From Octopus sinensis (taxonomy: Eukaryota), in the NCBI RefSeq assembly GCF_006345805.1, contig NC_043013.1, forward strand, positions 57,598,001-57,662,000: a stretch of DNA of 64,000 bases. The letters run 5' to 3'. The notes beneath the pieces are model-generated. The model was not told the DNA's origin. It worked only from the letters and a program-made list of their open reading frames with translations, and made no database searches. Of this stretch, positions 63,401 to 64,000 are shown piece by piece (the stretch's first letter is position 1; every line of letters starts with the position of its first letter). The translations under genes were made by a program, and so were the position numbers.

Positions 63401-64000
63401 TAATGGAAAGAAAAGAGAGAGAGAGAGAGAGAATGAGGCTGAGAAAGAGAGAGACATAACAGTGAACTCACTGTTTTCTCGTCGTTGTGAGGAATATTGA
63501 CGAGTTTGTCGAGTGGCTAATTCCTGAATTCAGTCTAGAATGATTGTTGGTGCAGGTGGGTAGTAAGAAGCCCCGATGTAGGTATCTCCGTTGGGGATTT
63601 CACATTTGCCTTCTAAGGGTCAAACATGTAATTAGATCTGACATAACTATGGCACCACTGAAAATGAGATCTAATTGTCCTGGTGGTGGTTTAGCAAAGT
63701 TTGAGCAGTGAGCTTTAGCAAATTGAAGCGATTACAGAAACATACATACATAAATACAGATACACAGAGGCACACACGTACACCCATGCACGCGATCACC
63801 CTCCCTCCCACACACGCATGTATACTCGTTCACGCCATACGCGCACTGACGCACACCCGTATGCAGTTAAGTGAAGTTCGGGTAATCATCTTGTAGAATG
63901 TTGGGCAAAGCTCATCCGTAGTTATTGGCTACCTGATGTCATCATACGGGTGAAATGCACACTTGCCACTGTATATATACCAGGAATCCCATAGTAACTG

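Overview
AT-rich, microsatellite-saturated animal DNA. The SINE families and repeat landscape point to an octopus (coleoid cephalopod); this is an inference. No host protein-coding gene, rRNA or functional tRNA gene can be supported. Almost every recognisable feature is a transposable-element relic: four related L1/Tx1-clade non-LTR retrotransposon copies (one full-length with ORF1 and APE-RT-CCHC ORF2), Penelope-like element (PLE) debris including a GIY-YIG remnant and several head-to-head inverted duplications, three type I hammerhead ribozyme motifs, two families of tRNA-derived SINEs, Tc1, maT-like, mariner and Sailor-like DNA transposon relics, Helitron-type ends, two tandem R4/Dong-like RT relics, an 835-bp tandem duplication at the left edge, and a 100-N gap at 26200-26299. 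The most notable observation lies at 26.3-32.6 kb. Two different Tx1-like elements start at the same site (ATCTGCAGCTAGCAG) in two oppositely oriented copies of a ~355-nt circularly permuted hammerhead-bearing repeat. The complete element is flanked by a 17-bp duplication of that site, 9 nt upstream of the ribozyme. This suggests a retrotransposon family that specifically targets a ribozyme repeat. A tRNA-headed SINE with a near-canonical hammerhead in its tail lies at 23.0-23.25 kb.
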